A stretch of DNA of 64,000 bases from an uncultured Gemmatimonadaceae bacterium (GTDB lineage: Bacteria > Gemmatimonadota > Gemmatimonadetes > Gemmatimonadales > Gemmatimonadaceae), in the NCBI GenBank assembly GCA_963822945.1, contig CAWGJO010000022.1, positions 8,182-72,181 of the forward strand. Direction: 5' to 3'. The number at the start of each line of letters is the position of its first letter. Position 1 is the stretch's first letter. Below are positions 48,919 to 60,029 of this stretch, piece by piece. Under the pieces are notes generated by a model. The model did not search any database. It was not told the DNA's origin and saw nothing but the letters and a program-made list of their open reading frames with translations. Both the position numbers and the translations under genes were made by a program.

Positions 48919-50434
48919 TCAGGGCATCGAGATGATGGCGCGCATCATCGTGATGGCGTCGAAGAAGTTGCCGAGCCGCAGGTTCTCGTTCGGCCGTGTT
49001 GGTTGTCGTCGAAGTTGACCACCGGCATTCCGACCGTGGCCGTCTTCAGGCCGATCGGAGAACAGATAGAACGGGGTCGAGCCGCCGAGCGTCGGCATGC
49101 GGGCCGGCGTCGTGTGCGTCGCGGCGGCCACGGCGGCGACGGCCTGCTGCGCCGTCGGGTTCGTGAGCGGCGTCCGCCCGGCCGGATAGCCGCCGATGCG
49201 GCGCAACTTCGCGAGCAGCGGATAGGTCGCCCGCTCCTGGTCGGTCGGCGCGTCGCCGCCGATGAGATGGTATCCCTGCGCGCGCACGAGCGCTGCAGCC
49301 GCGCGAACTGCGCGTCCGGGCGTGACGTTCTTCACGAGCCGAAGATCCATGCGCGCCGACGGCCTGCGATGGAATAATCGTCCGGCCCTGTCCGGCCACC
49401 GTGCCGGCGCCGAGACCGGACATGTTCAGCGTCGGCAGGTTGTCGAGAGCCTCCAGGCGCTCCCGGTGATCTCCGGCCGCGCGAAGCCGAACTGGCGCAT
49501 CAGCTTCGCGTCGACGTCGGGGATCTCGGCAATCGCCTGCTTCTCTTCCGCGTCAGCGGGACGACGTCCTTGATAGAAGCCGGCGAATCGTCACGTGGCC
49601 GGTCTTGTCCTTCATCGACGCGAGAGCCGTGCCAGCTCGATTGCCGGGATTCGGGGCCCAGTTGCCGTAGTTGCCGCTGTGCAGGTCCTGGCGCGCGCCG
49701 AACACCGTCAGCTCGGTCGACATCATGCCGCGCGCGCCGAAGACGAACGTCGGCCGTCCGCTCGGGTGCTGCGGGCCATCGACCAGGAGGACGAGGTTGC
49801 CGCGGATGCGGGCCGCCTGTTCGTTGACGACCGTGGCGAGCGAGGGGGAGCCGGCTTCCTCGTCGCCTTCCATGAGCACGCGCAGCGTCGAGGTGATCGG
49901 GTGTGCCGGGGCCTTCGCTTCGTCGATGGCGGAGAGGAACGCGATGATCGGACCCTTGTCGTCGGCGGCCGAACGGGCGTAGAGGCGCCACTCGGGATCG
50001 ATCGGGCCCGTGGCGGGCAGCGTGACGACCCGGCCGCCGTCCTCGATCGGCTTGTCGCGGTAGATCGGCTGGAACGGACCCGAGTCCTTCCACTTCGCCG
50101 GCGTCACCGGCTGGCCGTCGTAGTGGAAGTAGAAGGTGAGCGTGCGCGCCGGCCTCGGGCCTGGCGGGACCAGCTCGCAGATGAGCACCGGCGAGCCCGG
50201 CGTGCGGACGACCGTCACATGGAAGCCGCGGCGCTCGAATATCGCCTGCAGGCAGGTGGCGTTGCGGGCGATGTCGGGCTTGTCGGAGGCGACGTTGGGA
50301 ATCGAGAGGAAACTGGTGAGCGTGGCCAGTTCCGACTGCGGCGTGGGTCGCTGGGCGGCCAGCGGCGATTGCGCGGCGCACAGGGCGAGCGCGACGAGCG
50401 TGGCGGAACGGAGAGGACGGGGCTGGACGGTCAT
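48919..50434 (-). pseudogene. M20-family dipeptidase/metallohydrolase, at least 7 frame changes as assembled
   Basis: Signal peptide and N-terminal two thirds in ORF 49553..50551 (from MTVQPRPLRS...; HYDGQP, RSAADDKGP, EGDEEAGS). C-terminus in ORF 48919..49350 (...PNENLRLGNFFDAITMMRAIISMP). Short pieces GFY | KDVVPLT | AEEKQAIAEIPDVDAKLMRQFGFARPEITG | ...NMSGLGAGTVAGQGRTIIPSQAV lie in other frames. Confidence 0.8.
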
Positions 50435-50564
50435 TGCACGGCAGTGAGAGGGAGTGGGGCTGCGGCTGCGCCGCGCCGGACGGCACTCGCGTGGCGCCGC
50501 GCCGGCGAATCTATGGCGGCGGAATGCCGCGGCAACCTCGACCGTCGCCATCCGACCACGAGGG

Positions 50565-52043
50565 TCAGGTTGCCGACAACGTCTGCCCCAGCAGCCGCAT
50601 CCACGACGCGAGCTGCTCGAAGACCAGGAAGTTGCCGTGCACGTGCCGCTGCGCGTTCCGTCCCCACCGGTTTCGCTCCGCCGGGTCGTGCAGCATGTCG
50701 TCGATGGTCCGGGCCAGCCCCTCGACGTCTTCCGGGTCGGGGACCAGCCGACCGTCCTCGCCGTCGCGCACCTGTTGCCGGGGCCCGCAGGCCCGGCGAT
50801 TGGAGAGAATCGGCACGCGCTTCCACATCGCCTCGGCGATCGTGAGGCCGAATCCCTCGCGCAGCGAGTTCTGGACGACGATGGACGACGCCCGCTGCAG
50901 CGCGTTCACCATCAGGCAGTTCTCCTCGGCCGATTCCATGGGCAGGGACACGATGGCCACCGCTTCCTGCACCAGCGGGTCGAGCCGGCAGTACTGCTCG
51001 ATGATGGTGGCGAGCACCTCGCCGGCTTCGGGATCGTCCTGAATGGACTCCGGACTCGGACCGGCCAGGACGCAGCGCGTGAGTTCCTGGCGCACGCGGT
51101 GCACGGGGTCGTGCGACCATCCGCCGTGCAGCAGCCGCCGGCGGAATTCGGTGAACCCCGCCAGGAGCGGCTCGAATCCCTTGAGCCGGTCCCAGCGGGA
51201 CACCTGGGTGACCACGGGACGCGCGAGCAGCCCGAAGTCGCCGCGCAGCGTCGCGGGGTGGAACCGGCCGTCGGGCGCGAGCCGGAGCGCGAGGCGTTCG
51301 TACGGCGGGGTCGGCATGGGGCCCGGGGGAACGGTCAGCCCAGCGTTTGCCAGCACCGCCACCGTGCCCTGCAGTCCGAGTTCGCGGTTCTTGGGGGACA
51401 GCGGATCGATGGCCGGGCAGATGATCGCGGCGCGGTCGGCGAGAAACGACGGTACGTAATCCGGTGCGGAGAACACGGCGCGATCGTACGCCGGTGCGTA
51501 CGGGCGCAGGAATTCCCACGCGGCCCGAGTGGCCGGCAGCTTCTCGTCGAGGCCGATGTGGCAGCGCCAGACGGCGGTGAGCGGGCGATCCTCCTTGAAG
51601 AACGCCGCGAGCGGCATGGGCTGTGGATCGTGGACCACCAACACGTCGCCCGGCTGTACCTGCGCCGCCATGGCGATGGCGTTGTCCCGATTCACGCGCT
51701 CGAACAGCTCCCGGTCTTCGGGGCCGAGGTTGGGGCGCCCGTGCCCGTGGATGAGGTTGTGGATCTTCTTCGTGAGTTCGAAGAACCGGGGCTCGGACGA
51801 CTCGATCACCATCCACTCGGTGGCTACGCCGAGGTCGCGCAGCAGTCCCACCATGGTCGGCAGCATCTCGGCCACCCCACCGCCGCGCGCGGTGGAGTTG
51901 ACCATCCAGACCGTGCGGCCCCGCAGCTTGGGGAGCGTGGCCTCGGCCTCGCGGCGCAGGGCTTCCACGGCGCCGACGAGGTGAGCGTACTCGGCGAAGT
52001 CCGCCAGACCGTTCGGGATTTCCGGCTCGACGCGCAGTGCCAC
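50565..52043 (-). CDS. GT4 glycosyltransferase, trehalose-synthase (TreT)-like
   Basis: ORF 50565..52043. VWMVNSTARGGGVAEMLPTMVGLLRDLGV...RFFELTKKIHNLIHG, SRWDRLKG, LREGFGLTIAEAMWK. Confidence 0.8.
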   Translation of the reverse strand: MALRVEPEIPNGLADFAEYAHLVGAVEALRREAEATLPKLRGRTVWMVNSTARGGGVAEMLPTMVGLLRDLGVATEWMVIESSEPRFFELTKKIHNLIHGHGRPNLGPEDRELFERVNRDNAIAMAAQVQPGDVLVVHDPQPMPLAAFFKEDRPLTAVWRCHIGLDEKLPATRAAWEFLRPYAPAYDRAVFSAPDYVPSFLADRAAIICPAIDPLSPKNRELGLQGTVAVLANAGLTVPPGPMPTPPYERLALRLAPDGRFHPATLRGDFGLLARPVVTQVSRWDRLKGFEPLLAGFTEFRRRLLHGGWSHDPVHRVRQELTRCVLAGPSPESIQDDPEAGEVLATIIEQYCRLDPLVQEAVAIVSLPMESAEENCLMVNALQRASSIVVQNSLREGFGLTIAEAMWKRVPILSNRRACGPRQQVRDGEDGRLVPDPEDVEGLARTIDDMLHDPAERNRWGRNAQRHVHGNFLVFEQLASWMRLLGQTLSAT

Positions 52044-52106
52044 GGTGATGCCTCCTTCGGCTGTTGTCGAATTCGTCCCGCACGCGCGCGGTCCGGGAGG
52101 TCGCGC

Positions 52107-53378
52107 TCAGTGGCCTCCCGAGCCGCGCTCGGCGAAGATCTGCACCAGATGGACCAGCGTCTCCGACGTCTTCTCGAGTCCGCGGCGCGAATTGAATTCC
52201 TGCTTGCCGTGGAAGTTGAATCCGCCGGTGAAGATGTTGGGGCAGGGGAGCCCCCGGAACGTGAGCCGCGACCCGTCGGTGCCGCCGCGGATGGGCTCGT
52301 TGAACGGCTTGAGCCCGGCGCGCCGTGCGGCCTCCATCGCGTTCTCGACGAGCTGCGGATGATCCTTCAGCACTTCCTTCATGTTCATGTAGTTGTCCTT
52401 CACCTCCATGCGCACCGTGACGCCGGGGTACGCCCGCTCCGTCTCGGCGGCGAGGTCACGCAGGAGCCGCTCCTTGGCCTCGAGGCCGGGCATTTCGAAA
52501 TCGCGGAGCAGCACCTTGAGGCTCGATTCCTCCACGTCGGCGCTCCCCAGATACGGATGCACGAACCCTATGCGGCCCTCGGTGGTCTCGGGGAGCATGT
52601 CCCCGGGCATGCCGCCCAGGAAGTGCGCGAACGCGTAGATGGAATTCACCATCACGCCCTTGGCGGTACCGGGGTGCACGCTCTTGCCCTTGAACGTGAG
52701 CGTGGCGAGGCGCGCGCTCCACGTCTCGTCGCTGATGCCGCCGAGTTCGCCGCCGTCCACGGTGTACGCGAAGCGGGCGCCGAACTCGTCGACGTCGAAC
52801 TTCTCGATGCCGCTGCCGATCTCCTCATCGGCGGTGAACGCCACGGCGATCGGGCCGTGGGGGAGCTTCGGATTACGCACGAGCGTGTCGACGAGCGTCA
52901 TGATCGCCGCCACCCCCGCCTTGTCGTCGGAGCCGAGCAGCGTGGTGCCGTCGGTGGTGATGAGGTCGTCACCGATCATCGACTTCAGTACGGGATTCTG
53001 CGCGACGGTGATGACCTGGGACGGATCGCCGGGCAGCGTGACGTCGCCGCCCTGGTAGTTGGCATGGATCACCGGTTGCACGTTCGCGCCGGTGACGGCC
53101 GGCGAGGTGTCGACGTGGGCGATGAATCCGATCGTCGGCACGTCGCTCGATTCCGGGACGTTCCCCGGAATCGAGGCGTACACCATGCAGTGCTCGCTGG
53201 TGCGGACGTTCGAGGCGCCGAGTTGCTTCAACTCGTCGGCCAGCATCCGGGCGAGCGTCCACTGCTTCTCGGTGCTGGGGGTGGTGGACGCGCCTTCCTG
53301 CGACTGCGTATCGATCTTCACGTAGCGCAGAAAGCGGTCCACCACCGATTCGCGCGGCGGGGTCAGTGATGGGCTCAT
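52107..53378 (-). CDS. pepT: peptidase T (M20B tripeptide aminopeptidase)
   Basis: In-frame part of ORF 52107..53507 starting MSPSLTPPRESVVDRFLRYVKIDTQS. IAHVDTSP, LLGSDDKAG, FTADEEIG, IRGGTDGS. Confidence 0.9.
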   Translation of the reverse strand: MSPSLTPPRESVVDRFLRYVKIDTQSQEGASTTPSTEKQWTLARMLADELKQLGASNVRTSEHCMVYASIPGNVPESSDVPTIGFIAHVDTSPAVTGANVQPVIHANYQGGDVTLPGDPSQVITVAQNPVLKSMIGDDLITTDGTTLLGSDDKAGVAAIMTLVDTLVRNPKLPHGPIAVAFTADEEIGSGIEKFDVDEFGARFAYTVDGGELGGISDETWSARLATLTFKGKSVHPGTAKGVMVNSIYAFAHFLGGMPGDMLPETTEGRIGFVHPYLGSADVEESSLKVLLRDFEMPGLEAKERLLRDLAAETERAYPGVTVRMEVKDNYMNMKEVLKDHPQLVENAMEAARRAGLKPFNEPIRGGTDGSRLTFRGLPCPNIFTGGFNFHGKQEFNSRRGLEKTSETLVHLVQIFAERGSGGH

Positions 53379-56300
53379 CGGGCAGGGAGGGTGACGGTGG
53401 AGAGTCCGGCCGCCTTGCGCTTGGCGTTGAAGGCGGCGAGTCCGGCGGTCTTGAGCCGCGTCCATCGTGCCATCACGGCGCTCGACTGTGCGGCGGCGCT
53501 CGTGCACGCCGAAACCTGGTCAGCGGTCGGTGTGGCGTCGGCCGCCTGCATCGCCATCGCCGCCGACATCAGGGCGGCCTGCGTGCTCTCGAGCGACGGT
53601 GGTCCGGCCGGAGCGCCGCCGCGCCCGAACCCGAATCCGCCGAAGCCGCGTCCCCGCCCGCCGGCCCGCGGCGCGGGCGCGAGCGCTTCCACCTCCTTCT
53701 TGAACGCGTCCACGTCCGTCCCCTGGAGCTTGTCGAGCGCGGACACCAGAGCGCGCGCCTGCTCGTACGCGGCGTGCGTGCGGACCGCGCCGTCGTACAT
53801 CCGGCGGGTGAGCGTGGCGAGCTGCGCCAGGCCGGCCGCCGGCGTCTTCACGCGCGGGTCGAGCTTGAGCGTCAGCGGCTGCGAGTACGAGCGGCCATTG
53901 GCCGTGAGGCGCACGGTGTAGCGGCCGGGCGGCGCCCACGGGGCGTTCACCGACGGATAGGTGCGGTGCGGCACGGCGCCGGTGGCGCCCCCCTCGCCGC
54001 GCGGTCCGCGGGCCTCGCCGATGGGATCGTAGTGCAGGTCCCAACTGAACCGGTGCATGCCCGCCTTCGTAGACACGGCCATCTGCGGCGCCGCCCAGTA
54101 GAGCGGAACCGAACAGTCGGGGGCGCCGGGGTTCGACTGACACACTTTGTTGTACGCCGCGGGGTTGACCGCCGGGTCCGGATCGAGCACCGGATCGGTG
54201 CTCGATAGGTGCGCACCACCTTGCCGCTCGCGTCGAGAATGTCGAGCGTCACCGGACCCGACACGTCGTGGGCGAGGTAGTAGTCGATGATCCCGCCCGG
54301 CGGCGGGTTCTCGCCGGCCGGCACTTCCGGCGGCCAGGGGGTGGGATCGTTGGTGCCGAAGCGCACGCGGAGCGCGGTCTCGGGCTTGAACAGATAGGCG
54401 TCCTTCGCGGCCTGGGCGGCCGCCATCTGCCGCAGCGGCGTGATGTCGTCCAGGATCCAGAAGCCGCGCCCGTGCGTGCCCGCCACGAGGTCGGCGCACT
54501 GGCAGGTGGCGTCGTCCTTGACGGTGATGTCGCGGACGGAGACGGCGGGCATGTCGAGGCGCAGCGAGTGCCAGTGGTCGCCGTCGTCGAACGAGACCCA
54601 CACCTGCGTCTCGGTGGCCGCGTACAGCACGCCCTTCACCCGCGGGTCTTCCCGGATCGAGTTGGCCACGGCGCCGGGCGCCATGCCGTTGTCGATCTCC
54701 GTCCACGTCTTGCCGCCGTCGTGCGTGCGGAAGAAGTGCGGGTTCATGTCGTCGAGCCGCATGGTGTTGGCGGCCACGTACGCCGTCTTCGTGTCGAAGT
54801 GGCCGGCGTCCATGTTGAAGATGCGCGTCCACGGTTTGATGGCGCCCGGGGTGACGTTGCTCCAGTGCTTGCCGCCGTCCCAGGTGACCTGCACGTTGCC
54901 GTCGTCGGTGCCGGCCCAGATCACGTTCACGTCGCGGGGCGAGGGGGAGAGCGCGGTGATGACGCCGAGCGGTGCCACCTGCACCTCGCTCGCGTACTTG
55001 CCGGCGTTGGCGGGCACGGCCCAATGCTGCCGCGCGAGGTCGGGGCTGATGCGCGTCCAACTGTGTGCGTGGTCGGTGGTCTTCCACACGGCGTTGGAGG
55101 TATAGAACAACATGTTGGAATCGACCGGCGACCAGATGAGCGGCATGGTGCGGACATCGCGGTTGTACGGGCCGCCGCGCGGTCCCATGTCGGGGCCGAC
55201 GTTCCGCGTCTGCCCGGTGCGCCGGTTGTAGAGCGACACGTTGTTGCGGCTGCCGCCGTACACCATGTCCGGGTCGCGCGGATCGGGCGCCGCGATGCCG
55301 TACTCCTGGATGTTCACCGGGTGCCAGTCGTGGAAGGTGATCTCACCGTCCATCGAGCGGCTGTCCACGCACGCCGAGCCCGAGTCCTGCTGGCCGCCGC
55401 ACACGCGGTACGGGAAGGCGTTGTCGGTGGTCACGTGATACATGGCGGCCGTGGGCTGCGTGTACCAGTTGCTCCACGATTCCCCGCGGTTGGCGGACGA
55501 CCACGCCGCCCTGGTCGGCCACGGCGAGGATGATGTTCGAATGGTTGGGGTTGATCCAGACCTTCTGGTAGTCGTCGCCGCCCGGGGCGCCGCGCACGGC
55601 GGTCCAGGTGAGCCCGCCGTCCTCGGTGCGCCACATGACGGTCGAGGCGCTGTAGACCACGTTCGGGTTCTTGGGGTCGACGGTGATCGTCGGCAGGTCG
55701 CCGCCGCCGATGCGGGCCAGCGGACGCGGGTCGGGGGCGCTGCGGGCGCGCACCCGCTGCGACGCTCGGATCGTCGATCGCCAGGTGCCAGTGCGCGCCC
55801 GCGTCGTTGGAGCGATAGAAGCCGACCACGCCGGTGGTGCTGTTGCCGCGGCCGCCGCGTCCGCCCTCGCCGGCGCCCGCCGCCATGGCGTAGATGATGT
55901 TGGGATTGCTGGGCGCGATGGCGAGGTTGGCCTGGATCACCGAGGGAAGGCCGTCGGTGAGCTGCGTCCAGGTGTTGCCGCCGTCGGTGGACTTGAACAC
56001 GCCGTTGCCGGCGCCGCCGAACGCGCCGTTCTCATAGAAGCCCTGTTGCTGCTGCCAGAGCGTGGCGTAGACGGTGTTGGGGTCCTTGGGGTCGATGCGG
56101 ACGTCGTTGCCGCTCGTGTATTCGTCCTTGTACAACACCTTCTGGAACGTCTTCCCGCCGTCGGTGGAGCGGAAAATGCCGCGCTCCTCGTTGGGACCGT
56201 ACGGATGGCCGAGCGCGGCGACGAACAGCCGCTCCGGGTTGGTCGGATCGACGGCGATCTGGGCGATCATCTGCGTGTTGCGGAGTCCCAGATGCGTCCA

Positions 56301-56693
56301 CGTCCTGCCGGCGTCGGTGGACTTGTACATCCCGTCGCCGGTGGAGAGATCGGGGCGGATGATCCCGGCGCCCGAGCCCACATAGATGATGCTCGGATCG
56401 GACGGCGCCACGCCGATGGCGCCGATCGACCCCGTGGGTTCCTCATCGAAGATCGGGTGCCAGGTGGAACCGTAGTCGGTGGTGCGCCACACGCCGCCGT
56501 TGTCGTAGCCGATGTAGAACACGTTCGGCTCGCTCGGCACCCCGTCCAGGGCGCGCGCGCGGCCGGCACGCGTGGGACCGATCTCGCGCCAGTGCATTTC
56601 GGAGTAGAACGACGGGGACTGCGCGGCGGCGACCGACGCGGACGCGGCCAGCGCTACCAGAACGAGCGAGCGACGGAGCAGGGAAGTGCGCAC
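53375..56693 (-). pseudogene. large secreted BNR/Asp-box (sortilin/VPS10-like) beta-propeller protein, three frame changes as assembled
   Basis: Pieces in ORFs 55431..56852 (start VRTSLLRRSLVLVALAASASVAAAQS; STDAGRTW, STDGGKTF, STDGGNTW), 55343..55753 (RTEDGGLTW), 53947..55443 (THDGGKTW, FDDGDHW) and 53375..55087. Junctions near 55750, 55495 and 54210. Confidence 0.85.
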
Positions 56694-56985
56694 GGAATCC
56701 AACCTCGTGAAGTGGCGCGTGACGGTTCCGGGGAGACGGAGACCGGATGGGAATGCAGAGAGTATGGCGGCGGGGCGCGGCGCTGGCCAGTCGCGACGCG
56801 GAAAATGTTCGCGCCCCGCCCCGCCCGCCCACCCTCGGGTTCCGTCCGTCATCGAATCGTCATCCGCCGTTCAGCGGAACTTCACGGGGCGTTCAGCATC
56901 ACCTCATCGCGCGGTCATCGTTCCTCCATGCAACGCGCCGCCGGTTGTCCCATCGTGCAGATGCGGCACTCACACGGGAGGCAAC

Positions 56986-57693
56986 ATGCTGGGCACACTC
57001 ATCGAAACGCGGGGATCGCGCCCACGGCGGTTGGGCGGCACGCTGATCAGCATCGCGCTGCACACCGGCATCATCGGACTCGTGGTGGCCATCACGGCGC
57101 GCGCCACGCCGCGTCCCCGGCCGGTGGCGCCGGCGGCGACGCCGCTGGTGTACGTGGCGCCGGGGCCGATCGCGCCCGCACCGGCCCCGCGGCGGGCGCC
57201 GCCGTCGCCGGTGGCGGCGGTACCGACCCCGACAACCCTCGTCATCCCGCCGATCCGGATTCCGAACGCGTTGCCGCCCATCGACCCGCACACCATCGCG
57301 ACCGATCCGAATTGGTACGATACGCGTTCGTCGGCGCCGCCGGTCCATTTCGCCGGCAATGGCGGTGGCATGTCGTCGGGACCCGAACACGGCGCGTGGG
57401 ACGCGTCGGCGGTGGACCGCGCCGTGGTGCCGAGTCGCGGCAACCCGCTGCCGCAATATCCGGAAACGATGCGCGCCGCCCATCTCGAAGGGCAGGTGGA
57501 TGTGCGCTTCATCGTCGATACCACGGGGCGCGCCGAGCCCGGGTCGATTCACGTGATCGCGGCCACGCACGCGCTGTTCGCCGACGCCGTGCGGAACGTG
57601 CTGCTCCGGTCGCGCTACCAGCCCGCCGAAGCCCACGGGCGGCGCGTGCGCCAGGTGGTGGAACAGCGGTTCGAGTTCGCGCTCAGGCGGTAA
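56986..57693 (+). CDS. TonB-family energy-transducer protein
   Basis: In-frame part of ORF 56686..57693. RBS GGGAGG. TM helix LISIALHTGIIGLVVAI, Pro-rich spacer, C-terminal NPLPQYPETMRAAHLEGQVDVRFIVDTTGR. Confidence 0.8.
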   Translation: MLGTLIETRGSRPRRLGGTLISIALHTGIIGLVVAITARATPRPRPVAPAATPLVYVAPGPIAPAPAPRRAPPSPVAAVPTPTTLVIPPIRIPNALPPIDPHTIATDPNWYDTRSSAPPVHFAGNGGGMSSGPEHGAWDASAVDRAVVPSRGNPLPQYPETMRAAHLEGQVDVRFIVDTTGRAEPGSIHVIAATHALFADAVRNVLLRSRYQPAEAHGRRVRQVVEQRFEFALRR

Positions 57694-57717
57694 CGGCCGG
57701 TGCCCGCGGTGCCCGAG

Positions 57718-58455
57718 TCAGCGGGGCACCGCGGGTTCGCCGATCGGATGCCGTTCGGGATCCCAGTCGAGCACGGCGCGCTCCACGCCCCGCATGTGCT
57801 TCCGCATCCGGTCCACGGCGAGCGGCTCGTCGCGGTGCTCGATCGCCTCGAGGATGGACACGTGCTCGTCGTGATCGCGCGCCCGTGAGCCGCCGATGCC
57901 CAGCACCATCTGCTGTTCGCGCGGGAACAGGTCGTGGAGCACGGCGAGGAGTTGGGCCAGCACACGGTTGCCCGACGCCAGCGCGATCAGCCGGTGAAAC
58001 GCGAGGTTCGATGTCCGCAGCGTCTCGCGGTTGGAGACGTCCTGGCCGGCCGCCTCGAGAATGCGTCGCATCTCCGTCAGCTGCTCTGGAGAGGCGTTGC
58101 GCACCGCGTCGCCGACGGCCACGAGTTCCAGCGGCAGCCGCGTGCGCACCAGATCGAGCAGCAGCTTCTTGGTGACCGTCTCGGTGTAGTCCGGCGCTGC
58201 GACGAGCAGCACTTCGTCGTCGCGCGAGACGTAAACCCCCGATCCGTGCCGGATCTCGACGATGCCCATCGTCTGGAGACGCTTGAGCGCTTCCCGGATC
58301 GTGGGGTGGCCGACCCCGAACTGCCGCGCCATCTCCATGATGGCCGGAAGGCGGTCGCCGCGGGCGTAGTGCTCGTTCCGGATCAGCTCCCGGATGCGCA
58401 GGGCCAGCCGATCGGCGAGACTCTGCTTGGCCATGGGTTCGAAGATGTCGCTCAT
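57718..58455 (-). CDS. GntR-family (FadR/FCD subfamily) transcriptional regulator
   Basis: ORF 57718..58455. wHTH RLPAIMEMARQFGVGHPTIREALKRLQTMGIVEIRHGSGVYV plus a helical FCD-like C-terminus. Confidence 0.9.
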   Translation of the reverse strand: MSDIFEPMAKQSLADRLALRIRELIRNEHYARGDRLPAIMEMARQFGVGHPTIREALKRLQTMGIVEIRHGSGVYVSRDDEVLLVAAPDYTETVTKKLLLDLVRTRLPLELVAVGDAVRNASPEQLTEMRRILEAAGQDVSNRETLRTSNLAFHRLIALASGNRVLAQLLAVLHDLFPREQQMVLGIGGSRARDHDEHVSILEAIEHRDEPLAVDRMRKHMRGVERAVLDWDPERHPIGEPAVPR

Positions 58456-60029
58456 CGGACCGTTCTCCCGAGGTTCTCGTCCGGGTCAATTCTACTGGGT
58501 GACGCGGCAGTCTGCATGTACGCGTTGCGGAATCGGGCAAAGAGGGGGTCGTAGAGGGCGCGCGCCCGCGGATCGGGTGGCTGCGGGGCATTCCGCACCA
58601 CGGTGGCCCGTACGGCGGCCTCGAGGTCGGGGAAGGCTCCGGCGCCGATCCCGGCGAGGAGGGCCGCCCCGTAGGCCGAGCCCTCCTCGCGATTGACCGT
58701 GCGCACCGGCAGGCCGAACACGTCGGCCTGGATCTGCCGGAGAAGCGCATGTTGCGCGCCGCCGCCGGTGAGCAGCATCTCGGTGACCGGGAGTTGCAGC
58801 TCGCGGAGGATCTCCACCGAGTCCCGCAGGGCGAAGGCGACGCCCTCCAGCACGGCCCGCGTCACGTGAGCGCGGGTGTGGGCAAGGCTGAGTCCCAGCA
58901 GGGCGCCGCGGAGGGCGGCATCCCGGTGCGGTGTGCGCTCCCCCTGCAGGTAGGGCAGGAAGGTGACCCCCTCGGCGCCGGGGGCAACGGTCGCTGCCTC
59001 CTGGCGCAGGGCCTGGTTCGCCTGCGCCGGGTCCGCGTACTCGCGGGCGAACTGATCGCGGTACCAGGCGAACGCGCTCCCGGCCGACAGCACCACCCCG
59101 ATCAGGTACCAGCGGCCGGGCGCCACGTGGCAGAACGTGTGCGCGCGCATCCGCGGATCGACCCGCGGTTCCGACATCGGGGCGAGCACGGTGCCCGAGG
59201 TACCCCAACTCGCCACGGTCCGCCCCGGGGCAACCGCGCCAACGCCGGCAGCGCCGCAGGCGTTGTCCCCGCCCCCGCCCACCACCGGCGTGCCGGCAGC
59301 AAGCCCGGTGAACGCCGCCGCGTCGTCGGTCACCCGCCCCAGGATCTCGGCCGACTCTCCGAGGTCGGGCAACAGCGAGGACGGCAGGTCCACGGCTTCC
59401 AGCATCTCCCGGCTCCACCGGCGGCGCGCCGTGTCGAACATGAGCGTGCCGGAGGCGTCGGACGGCTCGCTGGCCAGCGCCCCGGTGAGCCGGTATCGCA
59501 CGTAGTCCTTGGCCAACAGCACCTTGGCCAGCCGCGCGAACGCCTGCGGCTCGTGGCGCCGCAGCCAGAGCACCTTGGGCAGGGTGAATCCTTCGAGCGC
59601 GGGATTGCAGACCAGGTCGCGCAGACGATCCTCACCGCCGGCGCGCTCGGTGATCTCCCGGCACTCGGCCGTTGTGCGGCCGTCGCACCAGAGCAGGGCG
59701 GGCCGGATGACCTCGCCGCGGGCGTCGAGAAATACGGACGAATGCATCTGGCCCGAGATGCCGACCGCGACGACGGACGCGCCGGGAACGCGGCCGAGCG
59801 CCGTGCGCACCGCCTCGCCCACGGCATGCCACCATGCCGCCGGCTCCTGCTCGGCCCACCCGGGATGGGGCGTGGACATCGCGAGCGGAACGGTCGCCGA
59901 GCCGGCCACGTCGCCTGGCGGACGCACGAGCAGCGCCTTCACGCCGCTCGTCCCGACGTCGAGTCCGAGGAACACCGGGTCGGACGTGGCGGGATTCCGT
60001 GTCCGTTCGTTCGGCACTCTGCGGGTCAT
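58452..60029 (-). CDS. xylB: FGGY-family carbohydrate kinase (xylulokinase-like)
   Basis: ORF 58452..60029. LGLDVGTSGVKA, GISGQMHS, GGGDNACGAAG, LTGGGA. Stop overlaps the GntR start (ATGA). Confidence 0.85.
   Translation of the reverse strand: MTRRVPNERTRNPATSDPVFLGLDVGTSGVKALLVRPPGDVAGSATVPLAMSTPHPGWAEQEPAAWWHAVGEAVRTALGRVPGASVVAVGISGQMHSSVFLDARGEVIRPALLWCDGRTTAECREITERAGGEDRLRDLVCNPALEGFTLPKVLWLRRHEPQAFARLAKVLLAKDYVRYRLTGALASEPSDASGTLMFDTARRRWSREMLEAVDLPSSLLPDLGESAEILGRVTDDAAAFTGLAAGTPVVGGGGDNACGAAGVGAVAPGRTVASWGTSGTVLAPMSEPRVDPRMRAHTFCHVAPGRWYLIGVVLSAGSAFAWYRDQFAREYADPAQANQALRQEAATVAPGAEGVTFLPYLQGERTPHRDAALRGALLGLSLAHTRAHVTRAVLEGVAFALRDSVEILRELQLPVTEMLLTGGGAQHALLRQIQADVFGLPVRTVNREEGSAYGAALLAGIGAGAFPDLEAAVRATVVRNAPQPPDPRARALYDPLFARFRNAYMQTAASPSRIDPDENLGRTVR

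Noticed and set aside
50454-53369. 971-aa plus-strand ORF
   Set aside because: It is antisense to two clearly recognisable minus-strand genes (TreT-like GT4 and pepT) and has no motifs.
55671-58175. 834-aa plus-strand ORF
   Set aside because: It spans the antisense of the BNR-repeat gene, an out-of-frame overlap of the TonB-family gene and the antisense of the GntR gene. It has Arg/Ala/Gly-rich composition.
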